A DNA stretch of 15,373 nucleotides from Cyanobacteria bacterium J06626_4 (GTDB lineage Bacteria > Cyanobacteriota > Cyanobacteriia > Phormidesmidales > Phormidesmidaceae). The notes under the pieces are model-generated. The model did not search any database. It saw only the letters and a list, made by a program, of their open reading frames with translations, and was not told the DNA's origin. Position numbers and translations under genes: made by a program. The number at the start of each line of letters is the position of its first letter. Position 1 is the stretch's first letter. The DNA lies in NCBI GenBank assembly GCA_038523235.1, contig JBCBJQ010000127.1, forward strand, positions 1-15,373, in the 5' to 3' direction. This document shows positions 13,549 through 15,373 of this stretch, one piece after another.

Positions 13549-15372
13549 TTAGTCTTGAGCCGGGGACGATGTTGCGGCGACCTGGAGCACCTGAATCAGC
13601 CAGGTAGTCAGACGCTCGGTGGTGTCTGGCGTATGCCAGGTGGGCTCTTCGATTAAACAGGGAAAAACCGATAATGCAGCGATCGCGTGAGCCGCTTGCG
13701 TGGCGGTCATAGTCAAGGTGATCAGCGGTAGTGATGTCAGCTGGGGAAATCGGCTCAGGTTTTGCAAATAGGCCGTCGGTGAGGCGATCGCGGGGTCTAG
13801 AACAGCCACATCTGGCTGCCAAACCCGGTTCAGCAGACTGGCCTGCTCGACATCATCGACCTCTAGCACGCGGCAGCCAAAATCGTGAAAGATATGGGGA
13901 AACTTAGAATCGTGGGTGGACGAGGGTTCCGGCGATCGCAAATATAAAATGGTGAGCCGATTGGGAGCTGGCAACGAGGCCGGCGGCTGGAGTAGCACGC
14001 TGCCTAACCGCTCGGTTGGCCACAGCAATTCACGATCAAGGGGCAGCTCGCCCAACAAAGCCGACAGCTGCGGGGGCACGAGGGCGATCGTCAAACTATC
14101 GGTGTTGGCTAAGGCCAGTTGCAACGGCGGCAGCTCAGCCAGCTGTGAAGGCGACTGCATCAATACCAACACGGCACTGAGGGGTAAATGGGTCGCCACC
14201 TCCACCGCATCTTTGAGATTGGCGGTGATCAACAGGTGATAACTCAGCTGATTCGCCTGTTGCCACAGGTTAGCTAGTGAATGGTGATCTAACGGCGCGA
14301 CAACCAACAAAAATCGACTGCTGCCCCGCGACGCTGACGCGGGTGTCACAGGCATGAGTAGCGTCGGACAAATTTGACTCGCGGCGCGCACCATCAACAC
14401 CAGTTCACCCTGATGCTGCTGAGCCAGCTTGCGCACTAGCAGCCACTCTAGCCAATGGCCCATTTCAGCAGAAATCGGGGTCGAGGGCACCGAGCTTTCG
14501 GGGAACGGAAAGGTCAGGATGGTCTGTGCCAACTGTTGTAGTGAGAGGGTCTCATCTAACCGTTCAACGGTAAACGCCACCCAGTCATCCCAAAGGGTGA
14601 TCCCGAGCGGTGATCGCGGATCAGCGGCACCGGAGCCTTGCGCTGCCAACGCCGTCTGAATCAGACAGCTCAGCATCTGCTGTAGGCGCGTTTGATCAGC
14701 AACCAAAGTGATGGGATGGGTCTCATCAGCGAGAATGGCCGGTCGGGGATAGGCGGCATTGGACTCGTGACCGACTCGCAGCATCGCTTGGTGATAAGCC
14801 TCAGACCACAGGTCGCCAACGTTCACCATTTGCGGAATTAGATTGAGCGTGCCGCTGTCGATGCGGCCTAAATCAATCAGCGTATTAACCCAGGCGGCTA
14901 GTCGTCGACAATGTTGCTGAATCAGGCCAATGTAGCGTTCTTGACGTGGTGTGAGGTCGCCTAAACGGCCAATTTTGAGCAGGCTCGATAGCCCGAGTAA
15001 AGAAGTTAAGGGTGTCTTGAGTTCATGACCTAAATAGGTGAGCAGCGCCGTATTACTTTTTGAGGTTTGAGTCTCGGCAACCGTCTCCTGCTGGGCCGCA
15101 CTGACCTCCTGAGCCGTGAGAGTGGTGACGGCAGTTGCCAACAAGCGGACTGTGTCGAGCACTCCCTGATAGTGCTGCTGCTCATCAATAACGAGCCAGC
15201 AGCAGTCTAGATCAGCGGCCACCTGCTGGGCTGCGGCCGCAGCCCCCATTGTCAGGGGCATCATTCTCAAGGGCGGCGAGGGCGTGTCACCGATTGCTGG
15301 CAAAGGGCAGGTCAGGGGACTGTGACCGCCGAAATGATGGCGGGGAGCAACGGTCGCTGGGGTATTAACCAG
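13549..15372 (-). CDS. Hybrid histidine-kinase-like protein (HisKA + degenerate HATPase + two atypical receivers); the 5' end probably lies outside the window
   Basis: H-box LLTYLGHELKTPLTSLLGLS, LIDLGRIDSG, and LVADQTRLQQML (N-box region). Receiver-like segments YHLLITANLKDAVEVATHLPLSAVLV and CRVLEVDDVEQASLLNRVWQPDVAVLD. The frame has no stop between 15303 and the window edge. Confidence 0.85.
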   Translation of the reverse strand: MVNTPATVAPRHHFGGHSPLTCPLPAIGDTPSPPLRMMPLTMGAAAAAQQVAADLDCCWLVIDEQQHYQGVLDTVRLLATAVTTLTAQEVSAAQQETVAETQTSKSNTALLTYLGHELKTPLTSLLGLSSLLKIGRLGDLTPRQERYIGLIQQHCRRLAAWVNTLIDLGRIDSGTLNLIPQMVNVGDLWSEAYHQAMLRVGHESNAAYPRPAILADETHPITLVADQTRLQQMLSCLIQTALAAQGSGAADPRSPLGITLWDDWVAFTVERLDETLSLQQLAQTILTFPFPESSVPSTPISAEMGHWLEWLLVRKLAQQHQGELVLMVRAASQICPTLLMPVTPASASRGSSRFLLVVAPLDHHSLANLWQQANQLSYHLLITANLKDAVEVATHLPLSAVLVLMQSPSQLAELPPLQLALANTDSLTIALVPPQLSALLGELPLDRELLWPTERLGSVLLQPPASLPAPNRLTILYLRSPEPSSTHDSKFPHIFHDFGCRVLEVDDVEQASLLNRVWQPDVAVLDPAIASPTAYLQNLSRFPQLTSLPLITLTMTATQAAHAIAALSVFPCLIEEPTWHTPDTTERLTTWLIQVLQVAATSSPAQD

Positions 15373-15373
15373 A

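Larger units (their letters stand above)
924..13939. repeat. HIP1 octamer GCGATCGC, dispersed (~18 copies)
   Basis: Manual scan found copies at about 924, 1050, 1248, 1572, 2182, 2537, 5645, 7670, 7712, 8573, 9157, 9803, 11496, 12829, 13301, 13679, 13784 and 13932. Fewer than one would be expected by chance. HIP1 enrichment is typical of many cyanobacteria. Confidence 0.9.

Noticed and set aside
335..14659. Many short overlapping or antisense ORFs in the track (e.g. 2473-2943, 6073-6525, 11767-12087, 13493-13822)
   Set aside because: They are shadows of well-supported genes, with no motifs or RBS evidence.

Overview
Chromosomal window from a cyanobacterium; by manual count it has about 18 perfect HIP1 octamers (GCGATCGC), plus a Uma2 gene and a cyanobacterial-type hybrid kinase. 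From left to right: (1) a structured ~395-nt non-coding stretch; (2) two tandem membrane-protein genes, one a single-pass LamG protein and one a ~12-TM (2x6) protein, that share a diverged ~80-aa N-terminal domain I cannot name; (3) a LysR regulator divergent from a five-gene redox operon (non-Zn MDR, ABM/quinol monooxygenase-like, crotonase, luciferase-like monooxygenase, SDR), with a TA-flanked MITE-like element in the crotonase stop codon; (4) an accessory patch containing a two-domain hypothetical, a SAM methyltransferase, another hypothetical, a PAP/fibrillin C-terminal remnant missed by the ORF track, a Uma2 nuclease-fold gene and an SRPBCC gene; (5) a convergent hybrid histidine kinase, cut off by the window edge at its 5' end, with an intact H-box but decayed ATP-binding motifs and two atypical receivers. 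I found no CRISPR array, rRNA, tRNA or transposase. All family calls come from motif recognition by eye, not database searches.
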